From positions 1 through 54,818 of the forward strand of contig JACCYJ010000093.1 of assembly GCA_013696555.1 (NCBI GenBank): 54,818 nucleotides of DNA. Reading direction: 5' to 3'. The translations under genes and the position numbers were made by a program. This DNA comes from Nocardioidaceae bacterium. Its GTDB lineage: Bacteria; Actinomycetota; Actinomycetes; Propionibacteriales; Nocardioidaceae. Shown piece by piece: positions 29,918 to 41,144 of this stretch; positions within the stretch are counted from its first letter, which is position 1, and every line of letters begins with the position of its first letter. The notes under the pieces are model-generated. The model worked only from the letters and a program-made list of their open reading frames with translations. It made no database searches and was not told the origin of the DNA.

Positions 29918-31323
29918 CTCAGCAAGGTGTCGAGGCTGCGCAGCTTGTTCGTCGCGTCGAGAGCGGCCACCTTGTAGGCCTCGGACAATGTCGGGTAGTT
30001 GAACACCGTGTCGACCAGGAAGTCGACCGTGCCACCACACCCCATGGCCACTTGGCCAATGTGCACTAGGTCGGTAGCACCGGTCCCGAAGACGTGCACG
30101 CCGAGCAAGGTTCGTTCGGTGGCGTGCACGAGCAATTTGAGCATGCCGTACGAGTCGCCGACGATCTGACCGCGAGCCAGCTCGCGGTAGCGCGAAAGCC
30201 CGACCTCGTACGGGATCGATTCCGCCGTCAGCTCGCTCTCGTTGCGTCCGACGTAGGAGATCTCCGGGATCGTGTAGATGCCGATCGGTTGGAGTGGCGT
30301 GATGGAGCCGGCCCTCGCGCCCATCGCATGCAGAGCGGCGATCCGGCCCTGCTCCATGCTCGTCGCGGCCAGCGCCGGGAAGCCGATGACGTCGCCGACG
30401 GCGAAAATGTGCTCGACCTCGGTGCGGAAGTGCTCGTCGACCTTGATTCGGCCGCGCTTGTCGGGGGTCAGCCCGGCCTTTTCGAGGGCGAGCTCGTTGG
30501 TGGCGCCCTGGCGGCCGGCCGAGTACATCACCGTGTCGGCGGGGATCCGTTTACCGCTTGCAAGCGTCGTGATCGTGCCGCGGTTGCCGATCTCGACCTT
30601 CTCCACCTGCTCACCGAAACGGAACGAGACCGCGAGATCGCGCAGGTGGAAGCGCAGCGACTCCACGATCTCGTCGTCGCAGAACTCCAGCATCAGCGGG
30701 CGCTGGTCGACCACGGTGACCCGAGTGCCGAGCGCGGCGAACATGGACGCGTACTCAATCCCGATCACCCCGGCGCCGACGACGACCATCGTCGCCGGAA
30801 TGCGGTCGAGCTCGAGGATGCCGTCGGAGTCGACGACGTGCTGCTCGTCGAACTCGACGTGCGCCGGCCGGGCCGGGCAGGTGCCGGGTGCGAGCACGAT
30901 CTGGTCCGCCGACACGGTCAGGCGGTCCCCGCCGGCGATGGTGAGGGTGTGCGGGTCGAGGAAGGAAGCCGTGCCGATCAGCAGGTCGACGTGGTTGCGC
31001 AGCAGCTGGCTGCGGACGACCTCGACCTCGCGCCCGATGACGTGCTGCGTCCGAGCCGTGAGGTCGGCGATCGTGATGTCTGTCTTGACCCGGTAGCTGG
31101 CGCCGTACATGTCGCGCTGCGAGAGCCCGGTCAGGTACAGCACGGCCTCGCGCAGCGTCTTGCTCGGGATCGTGCCGGTGTTGATGCACACGCCGCCGAC
31201 CATGGCGCGCCGGTCGACCACCGCCACCTTGTGCCCGAGCTTCGCGGCCGCGATCGCGGCACGTTGGCCACCAGGGCCGCTGCCTACAACGAGCAGGTCG
31301 TAGTCGTACTCATGCTCTTCCAC
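29914..31323 (-). CDS. sthA: Soluble (Si-specific) pyridine nucleotide transhydrogenase
   Basis: [23 protein letters not shown] (CxxxxT), [27 protein letters not shown]. Confidence 0.92.
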   Translation of the reverse strand: MEEHEYDYDLLVVGSGPGGQRAAIAAAKLGHKVAVVDRRAMVGGVCINTGTIPSKTLREAVLYLTGLSQRDMYGASYRVKTDITIADLTARTQHVIGREVEVVRSQLLRNHVDLLIGTASFLDPHTLTIAGGDRLTVSADQIVLAPGTCPARPAHVEFDEQHVVDSDGILELDRIPATMVVVGAGVIGIEYASMFAALGTRVTVVDQRPLMLEFCDDEIVESLRFHLRDLAVSFRFGEQVEKVEIGNRGTITTLASGKRIPADTVMYSAGRQGATNELALEKAGLTPDKRGRIKVDEHFRTEVEHIFAVGDVIGFPALAATSMEQGRIAALHAMGARAGSITPLQPIGIYTIPEISYVGRNESELTAESIPYEVGLSRYRELARGQIVGDSYGMLKLLVHATERTLLGVHVFGTGATDLVHIGQVAMGCGGTVDFLVDTVFNYPTLSEAYKVAALDATNKLRSLDTLLS

Positions 31324-31382
31324 GTGCTCATCGTCGGCGGCACCGACACATCGGCGCAACCGGACTGCGGAACAATTGCGCC

Positions 31383-32798
31383 GTGAGGGCCTTTCTTGGC
31401 GTCGACCTGGGCACGAGCGGCCTGAAAGCTGCGCTGCTCGACGAGGCGGGAGCCGTTCTCGCCGAGGCGGAGGCGGCGTACGGGATGCTGTCGCCGCAGC
31501 CGGGCTGGGCGGAGGCCGATCCGGTCGTCTGGACGGCGGCGTATCAGTGCGTGCGGGGTGAGCTGGCGGCAGTCACAGCAGGGGTCGAGCTGGCCGGTAT
31601 CGGCTTTGCCGGCCAGATGCACGGTGTTGTGCTGGTCGACGCTGACGGTGCGCTCGTGCGTCCCGCGATCCTGTGGCCGGATCGACGCAGCGAGGGGGTT
31701 CTGTCGGCCTGGCAGCGGCTCCCTCAGCGGGAGCGCGCCCGGTTGGCCAACCCCCTCGCGGCCGGGATGGCCGGTCCGGTGCTCACCTGGCTGGCGCTGC
31801 ACGAGCCCGAGACGCTGCGCCGTGCCGCGACGTTGCTCTCACCCAAGGACTGGTTGCGTTCGGCACTCACCGGAGACCGGGTCACCGAGCGGTCGGATGC
31901 GTCCGCGACCCTGCTGTGGGACGTCTCGGCCGACACCTGGTCGCAGCCCGCGTTGGCGGTGGCCGGCATCTCTGATGCCCAGCTCCCGGCGCTGCGGAGC
32001 TGCGATGAGGTGGTGGGTACCGATGACGGCGTCCCGGTTGCTGCGGGCGGCGCGGATGTCGCCTGCGCACTGCAAGCGATGTCGGCGGTGTGGACGGGCG
32101 CGCTGGTTGTCAACGCCGGTAGCGGCGTGCAGGTCCTGCGGCCGGGTGTCACCCCCGCACCTCGGGTGGACCCAGTCACCCAGCTGCACGCGGACAGCGA
32201 CGGCGGGTGGTACGAGATGGTAGGGGTGCGCAACGGCGGGCTGAGCCTGGCCTGGGTGCAGCGGGCGTTGCGGCTCTCGTGGCCTGCGCTGTTCGCGGCG
32301 GCCGGCTCCGCCGGGCCGGGCGCAGAGGTGTTCGTCCCGTTCCTCACCGGTGAACGTGGCGGGGTCGCGCCGGTGGTACCGCGCGCCGGTTGGGCCGGCT
32401 TGTCCCAGAGCACCGGTGTCGCCGACCTGGCTCGCGCGGCGTTCGAGGCGCTTGCCTTCACGATCCGCCGATCGGTGGATCTGCTCGGCGACTCCGACAG
32501 CGCCGTACTGCTGTCCGGGGGCGTGGCCCGGGAGCCGTACGTACGGCAGCTGCTCGCCAACTGCCTGGGACGGCCGTTGGGCTACACCCCGTTGCGCAGC
32601 GCCTCCGCCGTCGGCGCGGCTCTGCTTGCGGCTCGTGCGGTCGGCGCAGACATCCGGCTGCCGGACGACACGATGGTCGTGCACCCGCGGGTCGAGGACC
32701 GGCTCGAGGCGGCGTACTCCCGCTGGCGGCAGGTGGTGGCATCGACAGCGCAGCTCTCCACCCCCGTGCACAACCCCGCCACGATCCGAGACTTATGA
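31383..32798 (+). CDS. FGGY family carbohydrate kinase (xylulokinase-like)
   Basis: [46 protein letters not shown]. Confidence 0.88.
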   Translation: MRAFLGVDLGTSGLKAALLDEAGAVLAEAEAAYGMLSPQPGWAEADPVVWTAAYQCVRGELAAVTAGVELAGIGFAGQMHGVVLVDADGALVRPAILWPDRRSEGVLSAWQRLPQRERARLANPLAAGMAGPVLTWLALHEPETLRRAATLLSPKDWLRSALTGDRVTERSDASATLLWDVSADTWSQPALAVAGISDAQLPALRSCDEVVGTDDGVPVAAGGADVACALQAMSAVWTGALVVNAGSGVQVLRPGVTPAPRVDPVTQLHADSDGGWYEMVGVRNGGLSLAWVQRALRLSWPALFAAAGSAGPGAEVFVPFLTGERGGVAPVVPRAGWAGLSQSTGVADLARAAFEALAFTIRRSVDLLGDSDSAVLLSGGVAREPYVRQLLANCLGRPLGYTPLRSASAVGAALLAARAVGADIRLPDDTMVVHPRVEDRLEAAYSRWRQVVASTAQLSTPVHNPATIRDL

Positions 32799-32837
32799 AG
32801 GTCAGCGGAGGCGGCAGCCGACGGACCCTTGCACCCG

Positions 32838-32885
32838 GATCTCCCGACATCCGGGTCGCCATAACAGTCCACGGGTCGGGAGATC
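32838..32885. terminator. Inverted repeat between convergent FGGY kinase and arcC
   Basis: GATCTCCCGAC (32838-32848) and GTCGGGAGATC (32875-32885), 11-bp perfect arms. Confidence 0.4.
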
Positions 32886-32895
32886 GGCGTGACGG

Positions 32896-33843
32896 TCAGC
32901 GGAAGACCAGGCCGTCGAAGGCCGGTGAGATCCGCGTCCCCGAAGTGCCGTCGAGGAGTCCGGTCAGGTCGGTGAGTGCGCCTATGACAGCCTCCTTGCC
33001 GGTCAGCTCGGCGAACTCCACCGCAGCGCTGACCTTGGGCCCCATGGACCCGCCAGCGAAGTCGAGGCGGGACAGGTGGTCCGGATGCGCCGTGGCAACC
33101 GCCCGTTCCCTCGGCGTCCCCCAGTCGAAGTAGAGTCCGTCGACGTCGGTGGCGATCACGAGGACGTCGGCCGCCAGCTCGCGAGCCAGCACCGCGCTGG
33201 CCCGGTCCTTGTCGATGACGGCCTCGACGCCGATGAGTGTCCGGGTGCCTGGCTTGTACATCGTGGGGATACCACCCCCGCCGGCGCAGATCACCACACA
33301 GCCCTGCTCCAGCAGCCACCGCACGGGCCGTAGCTCGAAGACGCGCAGCGGTAACGGCGAGGGCACCACCCGGCGCCAGTGCTGGCCGTCGGGTTTCACG
33401 ATCCAGCCATGCTTGCGCGCCAGCCCGCGCGCCTCCGCCTCGTCGTAGACCGGTCCGACGAACTTACTGGGGTCCGCGAACGCGGGATCCTGTGGGTCCA
33501 CCTCGCACATCGTCAGCATGACCGCGAGCGGCTTCTCGAACGGCAACAGGTTGCCAAGCTCCTGCTCGATGAGATACCCGATCATGCCTTCGGTCTGGGC
33601 GCCGAGCACGTCGAACGGCGATGCCGACTCGGCGTCGTAGGCGTTGGCCTGCAGCGCCAACAGGCCGACCTGCGGCCCATTCCCGTGCGAGACCACAAGC
33701 GAGTGCTCGAGCGCGACCGGAGCCAGTGCGGCGCAGGCGGCCGCGATGCTTCGGCGCTGGTTGGCGACGGTCATCGGCTCCCCCCGCCGCAGGAGCGCAT
33801 TCCCACCCAGCGCCACCACCACCCGCTTGCCTGTTCTCGCCAC
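32896..33843 (-). CDS. arcC: Carbamate kinase
   Basis: [53 protein letters not shown]. Confidence 0.93.
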   Translation of the reverse strand: MARTGKRVVVALGGNALLRRGEPMTVANQRRSIAAACAALAPVALEHSLVVSHGNGPQVGLLALQANAYDAESASPFDVLGAQTEGMIGYLIEQELGNLLPFEKPLAVMLTMCEVDPQDPAFADPSKFVGPVYDEAEARGLARKHGWIVKPDGQHWRRVVPSPLPLRVFELRPVRWLLEQGCVVICAGGGGIPTMYKPGTRTLIGVEAVIDKDRASAVLARELAADVLVIATDVDGLYFDWGTPRERAVATAHPDHLSRLDFAGGSMGPKVSAAVEFAELTGKEAVIGALTDLTGLLDGTSGTRISPAFDGLVFR

Positions 33844-33949
33844 GACGACCTCACTTCCGTGTCCTCTGCCGCGGTCAGGGTGACATGCCGGCAGGCGTCT
33901 GTTCAGCGGACACGGCGATTGCCCGACGTGGACAGGCGACGATGGGAGC

Positions 33950-34393
33950 ATGAGCCTGTCGTCGTACCGCTTCGTCAGCCGCTGGCACGTCTCCGCCGAC
34001 CGGGAGGCGGTTTATGACGTGCTGCTCGACCTCGGCTCCTACCCGCAGTGGTGGCCGCAGGTACGCAGCGTCGAGCAGTACAACGGCCAGAGCGCGACTG
34101 TGGTAGTTCGGTCGTTTCTGCCGTACTCCCTGCGCATCCTCACCGTTTCGCGCCGCGAGGACTGCGCGGCCGGTGTCCTCGAGGCCGGACTGGAGGGTGA
34201 CATGGAGGGGTGGTCGCGATGGACCCTGAGCCCAACCGACGACGGCTGCGCCCTGCTCTACGAACAGCAAGTGGCGGTGCTCCGGCCGCTGCTGCGGCGG
34301 CTCGGACTGTTGGCCCGCCCGTTCTTCCGGCTCAACCATGCGGTGATGATGCGTGCTGGCGAGCGCGGGCTGCGCCATCGACTCAGCGGGTGA
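33950..34393 (+). CDS. SRPBCC / polyketide cyclase-like protein
   Basis: YRF.SRW.V.A....VYDVL.D...YPQWWPQV...; NH..MM..GERGL. Confidence 0.82.
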   Translation: MSLSSYRFVSRWHVSADREAVYDVLLDLGSYPQWWPQVRSVEQYNGQSATVVVRSFLPYSLRILTVSRREDCAAGVLEAGLEGDMEGWSRWTLSPTDDGCALLYEQQVAVLRPLLRRLGLLARPFFRLNHAVMMRAGERGLRHRLSG

Positions 34394-34445
34394 GCTGAGC
34401 CGGTACAGTCCGGCATCGACACCTAAACTGCGGGAGTGATCGGCG

Positions 34446-35285
34446 ATGGACGCGCAGCGGCTCTACCCCCAGCGTCCTGATGCGGCCCAGTCCCACGGCA
34501 ACGGGCAAGACGAAGGCACGCTCGCGGGTCCGCTGCTGTTCGTGCGCTACGCCTTTCCACCCAACCAGCACGGCTACTGCGGACCGGCGGATAGCGTCGC
34601 CTTCTTCGAGCACGGGGTCAGCGGCGCCGATGACGGCGAGCTGAGAGGACTGGCCCGTCAGTTCGCCGGCGCGTGGCCCTACCTGGAGCTGATCGCCGGC
34701 GCGACCGGCCTGCAGGATCCGTTGGACCGGCGCGTCGTCGAGGCGTACTGGGTCGGGAGCCCGCGGCTCGACCGGGTCGACACCTCAGCGATCGGCGGAT
34801 CCATGGAGGAACGGTTTCGGTACATCGCCGGGCCACGCTTCTCCAGTCTTACCGCCGGAGTCATCGCCGGCGGAGTTCCGCACCACAGCTTCGCCGTCTT
34901 TTGCGTCTACCCCTGGGTCGGGTTGCTCGGCGACGACCGTCGGGCCGCGCAGGCGCTCACCGTGCTCGACCGCTGCCGGATTCGCTGGGGACGGGTGACG
35001 GCGCTACAGGGGGACCAGGTCGTGGTCGAGTCGCGTCCCCTCACGTGGGACGGGCGCACGCTCGCGTTGGGTGAACGGCAGAGCGAGACCGCGGTCCGCT
35101 CGGTGGACGGCGTCGGACTCGTCAGCGACATCGCCGAGGGTGACTGGGTGTCGCTGCACTGGGAGTGGGTGTGCGACCGCCTGACCGCGAGGCAGGTCGC
35201 ATCCCTGAGGCACTACACGCTGCGCCATCTCGATGTGGTCAACGGCGCGGAGGCTCACTCCAGCCCGTTGACGCTACTGGCCTGA
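34446..35285 (+). CDS. DUF6390-like protein (hydrogenase-cluster-associated, HypC-like C-terminus)
   Basis: LFVRYAFPPN..GYCGP, AWPYLELIA, DPLD.RVVEAYW.G, PHHSF.VF.VYPW, CRIRWG, GDWVSLHWEWVCD. Family name from recall. Confidence 0.75.
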   Translation: MDAQRLYPQRPDAAQSHGNGQDEGTLAGPLLFVRYAFPPNQHGYCGPADSVAFFEHGVSGADDGELRGLARQFAGAWPYLELIAGATGLQDPLDRRVVEAYWVGSPRLDRVDTSAIGGSMEERFRYIAGPRFSSLTAGVIAGGVPHHSFAVFCVYPWVGLLGDDRRAAQALTVLDRCRIRWGRVTALQGDQVVVESRPLTWDGRTLALGERQSETAVRSVDGVGLVSDIAEGDWVSLHWEWVCDRLTARQVASLRHYTLRHLDVVNGAEAHSSPLTLLA

Positions 35286-36393
35286 GCTGCGTCCCGGTCT
35301 GGCCGTGAGTCGCCGGTGCCGCCAGCGCCCAGGTGCGGTGCAGGCTCCACGAGAGCCGCTCCCCGACGCGGGTTGGGACCGCACCCGGCGCACGGATGAG
35401 CACGTCGCCCACCGGTGTGTCCACGAGGTGGTCGGTGTGCGGGCCGCGGTACCACACCGCCCGTAACCGGCCGGGCAGGTCACCGCCCAGGCGAGCCCAG
35501 CCGGGCCGGACCAGCAGCCGTCGGACCGCAGGGTCGGACAACCCTGGGCTCCGACAGCCGACGCGGACCTCGATGCCCGCGACGTCCAGGGTGCAGTGGT
35601 CGGCGTCGGTCCGGACGACCCGCGTTGTGAGCACCGACGCTGGTCCGGTCAACGTTGCCGCCCACAGGTCCACCGGCTGGGCGTATACCTGCTCGGCGGA
35701 ACCCAGTTGGATGATCCGTCCCGCATCCAGCAGCGCCACCCGGTCGGCCAGCCCCAGTGCCTCCTCCGCGTCGTGCGTGGCGTACAACGCGGCAGTCCCG
35801 CTGTCGTGCTGTCGGGCCCGCAGCTCCTCGAGGAACAAGCCGCGGACGTGGGTGTCGAGATGCGCCGGCGGCTCGTCGAACACCGACAGTGCCGCCCGCC
35901 GGGCCAGTGCTCTGGCTAGGCCGACCCGTTGCTGTTCGCCACCAGACAGCTCGGCCGGTCGCCGGTCCGCGAGCCGGGCAATGTCGAGCAGTTGGAGGAT
36001 CAGCAGCGCCTCCGCGCGGGCATGGGTCCGGCCGGTCCCGCGCCGCCGCGCCGGGTAGGCGACCGTGTCCAGCACCGACAGGTGCGGCCACAGGGCGTAG
36101 TTCTGAAAGACCACGCCGACGTCACGACGCTCGGGAGGCACGTTGTGGCCCGGTGCGGCGACGAGGTGGCCGTGCAACCAGATCTCGCCGGAGCTCGGCG
36201 ACCGGAACCCGGCCACGGCGTGCAGCAGGGTTGACTTGCCCGAGCCGGACGGGCCCAGCAGGGCGACGACCTCACCGCGGCCAACGGTCAGGTCGACCTT
36301 GCGCACGGCAGCAACGCCGTCGTAGTCGACGGTCAGACCATGCACGCGCAGAACGTGGTCAGCCACGGGCTCGTGCATGTTGTGCGTTCTCAC
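35239..36393 (-). CDS. ABC transporter ATP-binding protein (Fe3+/polyamine type)
   Basis: GPSGSGKS, FQNYALWPHL, LSGGEQQRV, DEP..HLD. Confidence 0.9.
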   Translation of the reverse strand: MRTHNMHEPVADHVLRVHGLTVDYDGVAAVRKVDLTVGRGEVVALLGPSGSGKSTLLHAVAGFRSPSSGEIWLHGHLVAAPGHNVPPERRDVGVVFQNYALWPHLSVLDTVAYPARRRGTGRTHARAEALLILQLLDIARLADRRPAELSGGEQQRVGLARALARRAALSVFDEPPAHLDTHVRGLFLEELRARQHDSGTAALYATHDAEEALGLADRVALLDAGRIIQLGSAEQVYAQPVDLWAATLTGPASVLTTRVVRTDADHCTLDVAGIEVRVGCRSPGLSDPAVRRLLVRPGWARLGGDLPGRLRAVWYRGPHTDHLVDTPVGDVLIRAPGAVPTRVGERLSWSLHRTWALAAPATHGQTGTQLRPVASTGWSEPPRR

Positions 36394-38053
36394 GCCGGGT
36401 TGGATCGGGCACGGTGTCCGCGGGCCGCCTCAACCGCAGCCGGCGCGACAGCACCCACAGCGGCAGCGCCGGTACGGCCATCAGCAGCGTGAGGAGCACC
36501 GAGAGGGCGGCGGTGGGACCGATGCGTCCCAGCTCTTGGCTGTTGAGGACGATCACCGCGAGGGTCTCGCTCCCGGGGCCGTAGAGCAGGCTCGACATCG
36601 TCACTTCGTGCAGGGCGGTCAGGAAGCAGACCAGCCACGCCCCGAGCAGCGCAGGTGCCATCGGCCGCAGCGCCACGGTACGCGCCGCCGTCAGCCGGGT
36701 TGCCCCGCTGGCGCGGGCCGCGTAGAGCTCCTCGGGGACGAGCCGGTCGAGCGCCCCGGTGATCGGTCGGTGGGCCAGCGCCCACAGCTTGGCCAGGTAG
36801 GCCACCAAGATGAGAACCAGGCTCCCGGCCAACCACCGGCCGTACGTGATGAGCAGAGCCACGGCGAGGGTCGAACCGGGCAGGGCCAGAGTGAGGATGC
36901 TCATCGTCGCCACCCCACGTCCGAACCGGCGGTGCTCGAGCAGCGCGACGCAGCCGCCGATCACGACGAGCACGCTGGCGGCGAGTACCGCCAGCCCGAC
37001 GCTGCGCCCCAGGGCTTCGATCGAGCGTTGGTCGATGACGAGGCAGAAGTTGTCGAGGGTCCAGTTGCTGGGCCGTGGCGGCAGTCCGACTGCCCGAGTG
37101 AGAGCGGCCGACAGCAGCGCGAGCAGTGGCAGGCCTACGGCCACGACGAGGTAGCTCCCCAGTCCGGCCGCCACCCATCTGCTGGCCGACGGGCGGCGGC
37201 TGAAGGGTGCGCCGGCGGGTTCGGCGACCCGAGTCACGCGCAGCCGCGGGCTGAGCGTGGCATCTGCGGGCGCCACGACGGCAGCGGTGAGCAGGACGAG
37301 CACCAGGGCGAGCGCGACCGCCTCGACGAACGAGAGCGGGTCGCTGGCGAAGGAGAGGTCGGCGTAGATCTTCGTGGTCAGGGTCGTGAACCCGGCGGGG
37401 GCGCCCATGACCTGTGGCACCGCGAAGCTCTGCAGGCTCAGCACGAAGACCAGGACCGACGCTGCCGCAAGGGATGGCCGCAACAGCGGCAGGGTGACGG
37501 TGCGGAGCACGGTGGTGCCGCTTGCGCCGGAAGCCCGCGCGGCCCGTTCCAGGTCCGGCTCGGCGCGCGCGGCCAACCCGACCGCCGCCAAGAGGTACGC
37601 CACTGGCGCCGTGCTGGCCACGAGGACGGCCAGGACGCCGCCCGGGCCGAGGACCCCCTGCCAGTGCACCCCCACCAGCGCATCGGTGAAACCTGCTCGG
37701 CCGTACGCCTGGGTCCAGCTGTAGCCGAGGACGAACTCCGGAACCACCACGGGCAGTAGCACCGCGACGCGCCAGAACGCTCGCCCGGGCACGTCGGAGT
37801 GGCGTAGCCCGACGGCCATCGCCGTCCCGAGCGGGACGGCAAGCAGCATCACCGCCACTGACAGCCCGACGGAGTTGACGGCAGCCGTACGGACCTCGGG
37901 TGAGCTGAGGATCAGCTTGGACGTGCCCGCGCCCTCGCGGACCACGATCTCGACCAAACGTGCGACCGGCAGCACGACGAGCACCATGACGAGCCCGGCC
38001 GCGAGGACGACCAGTGACCACGGCGAGGAGCCTGCGGGCGCGGCTGGTCGCAC
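36359..38053 (-). CDS. ABC transporter permease (duplicated domain, FbpB-like)
   Basis: Two EAA-like loops (LERAARASGAS, LYAARASGAT) and many TM segments; GTG start 2 bp after the SBP stop. Confidence 0.88.
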   Translation of the reverse strand: MRPAAPAGSSPWSLVVLAAGLVMVLVVLPVARLVEIVVREGAGTSKLILSSPEVRTAAVNSVGLSVAVMLLAVPLGTAMAVGLRHSDVPGRAFWRVAVLLPVVVPEFVLGYSWTQAYGRAGFTDALVGVHWQGVLGPGGVLAVLVASTAPVAYLLAAVGLAARAEPDLERAARASGASGTTVLRTVTLPLLRPSLAAASVLVFVLSLQSFAVPQVMGAPAGFTTLTTKIYADLSFASDPLSFVEAVALALVLVLLTAAVVAPADATLSPRLRVTRVAEPAGAPFSRRPSASRWVAAGLGSYLVVAVGLPLLALLSAALTRAVGLPPRPSNWTLDNFCLVIDQRSIEALGRSVGLAVLAASVLVVIGGCVALLEHRRFGRGVATMSILTLALPGSTLAVALLITYGRWLAGSLVLILVAYLAKLWALAHRPITGALDRLVPEELYAARASGATRLTAARTVALRPMAPALLGAWLVCFLTALHEVTMSSLLYGPGSETLAVIVLNSQELGRIGPTAALSVLLTLLMAVPALPLWVLSRRLRLRRPADTVPDPTRRENAQHARARG

Positions 38054-38055
38054 TC

Positions 38056-39039
38056 TCAGCTGCCGAACAGCTGCTGGTAGTCGGCGAGGAGGTCGTCCTT
38101 GTGGGTCACGATCGTGGGCCAGTCCGGCTGAACGACGGGAGCGTCCACCGGGACGGTCGGTCCGGAGACCCCGGTCCTGGTCGGGTAGGAGCCGGCGTCG
38201 GCGAGGGTGGTCTGGCCAGGTTCGCTGATGACGAAGGAGATGAAGTCCTGGGCGGACGTGGACCCGGCGGCGTCGGTCGCCAAGGCGACCGGTCCGTAGA
38301 CCGCCACCGCCCCGGGCTCCGGCCACGTCACACCGATCGGTGACCCCGACTCCTGGGCGACGTACGCCGAGTTGGCGGTCGTGAGGCCGGCGTCGTAGAT
38401 CCCCTGGGCGACGCCAGTCGTGACCTCGTCCGGCGTGCTGACCTGGACGGCGCCGTGGTCTACCAGGCCTCGGTAGAAGTCGAGCCCGTACCCCTCGGCG
38501 CCAGCGAAGTAGCCCAGAGCTCCCAGCGCCGAGGCGGCAAACGCGGGATCCGGGATCGCCAGGCCGCCGTCGTAGTCCGCACCGGCCAGGTCCGACCACG
38601 TTTGCGGAGCCGGAACATCGTTGCGATGCACCGCCACGATGTACAAGACGGCGGCTCCCACCCAGTCCGCGGTCCGGTACTCGGCCGGGATCTCCGGGGC
38701 GTTGTCAGGAGTCCAACCTCCGACGAGATCCTGGTCGACCAAGCCCTGCATCGTGATCGGGTCACACGCCCACACCACGTCCGCCCGCAGCCCCCCGGAC
38801 CGCACGTCCCCGGCCACCCTGGCGTTCAGCTCGGCAGTCGGGGCCCGGAACAGCTCGACGTCGGTGCCCGAGTTGGCCAGCTCGAACTCCTCGATCATCG
38901 CCTGGGCGACGGCGTCGTCCACGCACGTGTAGAGCATGACCGGGTCCGACGCGTCCGCGGGGCCGTCATCCTGGCTGCACGCCGCGGCCAGCAGAACGAG
39001 GGCGAGGAGAATCGCCGATCCGACCCGTCGGGCAGTCAT
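38056..39039 (-). CDS. ABC transporter substrate-binding lipoprotein (Fe3+/thiamine-type)
   Basis: Lipobox LAAAC; LYT, ADVVW, AIPDP...S, VTWPEPG, AQDFISFVIS..GQ. Confidence 0.88.
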   Translation of the reverse strand: MTARRVGSAILLALVLLAAACSQDDGPADASDPVMLYTCVDDAVAQAMIEEFELANSGTDVELFRAPTAELNARVAGDVRSGGLRADVVWACDPITMQGLVDQDLVGGWTPDNAPEIPAEYRTADWVGAAVLYIVAVHRNDVPAPQTWSDLAGADYDGGLAIPDPAFAASALGALGYFAGAEGYGLDFYRGLVDHGAVQVSTPDEVTTGVAQGIYDAGLTTANSAYVAQESGSPIGVTWPEPGAVAVYGPVALATDAAGSTSAQDFISFVISEPGQTTLADAGSYPTRTGVSGPTVPVDAPVVQPDWPTIVTHKDDLLADYQQLFGS

Positions 39040-39073
39040 GCTGCACCATAGGACAGAGCGTACGGTTGGCGGC

Positions 39074-39535
39074 ATGATGCGAGGACTGCTGATCGGTGCT
39101 GCCGCAGGGGCAGCCGGTACGACCGCACTCAACGCGGTGACCTATCTCGACATGGCGGTGCGGGGGCGCGGCTCGAGCGGTACGCCCGAGCAGACGGTCG
39201 AGGTGCTCGCGGACAGGGCCGGCGTCGGCATACCCGGCGATCCGGACACCCGTGACAACCGGCTGCAAGGGCTGGGTTCGCTCAGCGGCATCATCACGGG
39301 CGTGTCCATCGGCGCCCTGATAGGTGCCCTCCGTAGCGCCGGTCTCGTCCCGGGTCGAGTACTCGGCCCGCTCATCACCGGCGGGCTGGCGATGGCTGGC
39401 GCCAACGTGCCGATGGCGCGGCTCGGCATCAGCGACCCAAGCGAGTGGGGCGCCCAGGACTGGGCGGCCGACGTGGTGCCACATCTAGCGTACGGCGCCG
39501 TCACCCACGCCGTGTTGGAAGCTGTCGGCGACTGA
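39074..39535 (+). CDS. Conserved actinobacterial membrane protein
   Basis: GAAAGAAGTTALNAVTYLDMAVRGR..S..PE; SDP..W...DWAADVVPHLAYG. Confidence 0.78.
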   Translation: MMRGLLIGAAAGAAGTTALNAVTYLDMAVRGRGSSGTPEQTVEVLADRAGVGIPGDPDTRDNRLQGLGSLSGIITGVSIGALIGALRSAGLVPGRVLGPLITGGLAMAGANVPMARLGISDPSEWGAQDWAADVVPHLAYGAVTHAVLEAVGD

Positions 39536-39538
39536 CAA

Positions 39539-40705
39539 TCAGTCGGTGTCGCGCAACAGCACCGTGTAGCCACGGCCGCCGTGCGCTTCGACGGCGTTCG
39601 AGATACCCGGCACCAGGTACGGCGTCCGACGCGTCGCGGTTCCGCCGTCACCGAGCTGGCCGAAGTCGTTGTGACCCCAGTCATAGAAGGTGCCGGTGGT
39701 GCTGACGACCAGCGTGGTGTCGCGCCCGGCTCCGATGGCCCTGATCTCCGGCAACCCGCTGACCCTCGTCGGCACCAGACGGTCCGTGCTACCGCCGACG
39801 CCGAGCTGGCCGCGCGTGTTCTCACCCCAGGTGTAGACGTCGCCGCCGGCGGTGAGCGCCACGGAGTGGTCCGCGCCGGCGATGACGGCGACCACGTTCG
39901 AGAGTCCCTGCACGGTCACGGGTGTCAAGCGCCTCGTGCGGGTGTTGTCGCCGAGCTGGCCGGAGGTGTTGAGACCCCAGGACCGAACCGTGCCATTCCC
40001 CATGACTGCCAGCGCATGGTTGCGCCCGGCGGCGACGGACACGACGCCGGAGAGGTTCGAGACCGTCACCGGAGTCGTCTGCCGTTGCGTCGTGGTTCCG
40101 TTGCCCAGCTCGCCGTTGGCGCCGCCGCCCCAGGACCTGACGGTCCCGCCTGCGAGGACGGCATAACTCATGTCGCGGCCACCGGCGATGCCAACGGCGT
40201 TGGACAGGCCGCTCACCGAGACAGGGGAGGAGCGCCGGGTGAGGGTACCGTCGCCGAGCTGCCCGAGGGAGTTGAAGCCCCACGAACGTACGCTGCCGTC
40301 ACCGAGCAGCGCGAGCGAGTGGTAGTGCCCGGTCGCGATCTCGGTTGCCCCACTCAGGCTCCCGATGCGGGTCGGGGTGGGCTGGTCGACGAGGTTGCCC
40401 TGACCGGTGGCGCCTTTAGAGCCCTCGCCCCATGACCAGACCTGACCGCCGATCCGCGCGAGTGCGTGCTCGCGGCCGCCGGCGATCTCATCGACGTCGA
40501 TGAGGCCGACCGCCTGGCCGAACGCAGCCCGGTTGTTCGTCGAACCCGAGCCGAGCTGGCCGCTGGCGCCCAGGCCGACCGTCCAGACGGTGTCACCGGC
40601 GCCGGCTTGCGTCGGCGCGGTTATGCCGGCGGCGGCGACAGGGGTGGCGACCAGGGCCACCAAGGCGAGGGCGTGCTTCCACCAGCACGTACGTCGAACG
40701 GTCAC
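39539..40705 (-). CDS. Secreted RCC1/BLIP-II repeat beta-propeller protein
   Basis: Signal peptide; about seven repeats of IAGG..HSLAL..DG.V.SWG.N..GQLG.G. Confidence 0.9.
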   Translation of the reverse strand: MTVRRTCWWKHALALVALVATPVAAAGITAPTQAGAGDTVWTVGLGASGQLGSGSTNNRAAFGQAVGLIDVDEIAGGREHALARIGGQVWSWGEGSKGATGQGNLVDQPTPTRIGSLSGATEIATGHYHSLALLGDGSVRSWGFNSLGQLGDGTLTRRSSPVSVSGLSNAVGIAGGRDMSYAVLAGGTVRSWGGGANGELGNGTTTQRQTTPVTVSNLSGVVSVAAGRNHALAVMGNGTVRSWGLNTSGQLGDNTRTRRLTPVTVQGLSNVVAVIAGADHSVALTAGGDVYTWGENTRGQLGVGGSTDRLVPTRVSGLPEIRAIGAGRDTTLVVSTTGTFYDWGHNDFGQLGDGGTATRRTPYLVPGISNAVEAHGGRGYTVLLRDTD

Positions 40706-40771
40706 GGGGGCCTCCTCGGGGCCCTCAGTATCAGTCGGACATCGCCCATTGTCCAAGGAATGCGAAACTTT

Positions 40772-41089
40772 TCAGGAGCCGCTCTCGCTGGCGTCGGAGT
40801 CGCCCTCGATGACGACGACCTCATAGGCGGCATCGAGTCGCACGTCCACGGTGTCGCCGTCGGTCTTCGTGACCTCGACCTCCCAGGTTGCGCCGTTCTC
40901 CGAATCGCGCTCAACCGAGTTGGCGCGCCCGCCCCCGGTGGCCTCCAATGCAGCCTTCGTCGCCGCCCGGGCTTGGGGCCCGCTGAGCGTTCCCTCGTCG
41001 TCAGAGCTACCGGCGACGGCGAGCCCGCCTCCCGCCACTGCGATCCCCACGGCGGCCGCCGCGGCCGCCACTGCCAGTCTCTTGTGCAT
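40772..41089 (-). CDS. Secreted PepSY domain protein
   Basis: Signal peptide; A..AAL....GG....VE.D.E.GATWEVEV...DG..VDVRLD. Confidence 0.85.
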   Translation of the reverse strand: MHKRLAVAAAAAAVGIAVAGGGLAVAGSSDDEGTLSGPQARAATKAALEATGGGRANSVERDSENGATWEVEVTKTDGDTVDVRLDAAYEVVVIEGDSDASESGS

Positions 41090-41144
41090 GAAAGACCTCC
41101 GCGATCAAGTCTCGATGCTCTGCTGCACCCAGTCCACTGATTGC

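Noticed and set aside
39539..40600. Recurring GCCGAGCTGGCC-like DNA repeats
   Set aside because: They encode the GQLG motif of RCC1 protein repeats.
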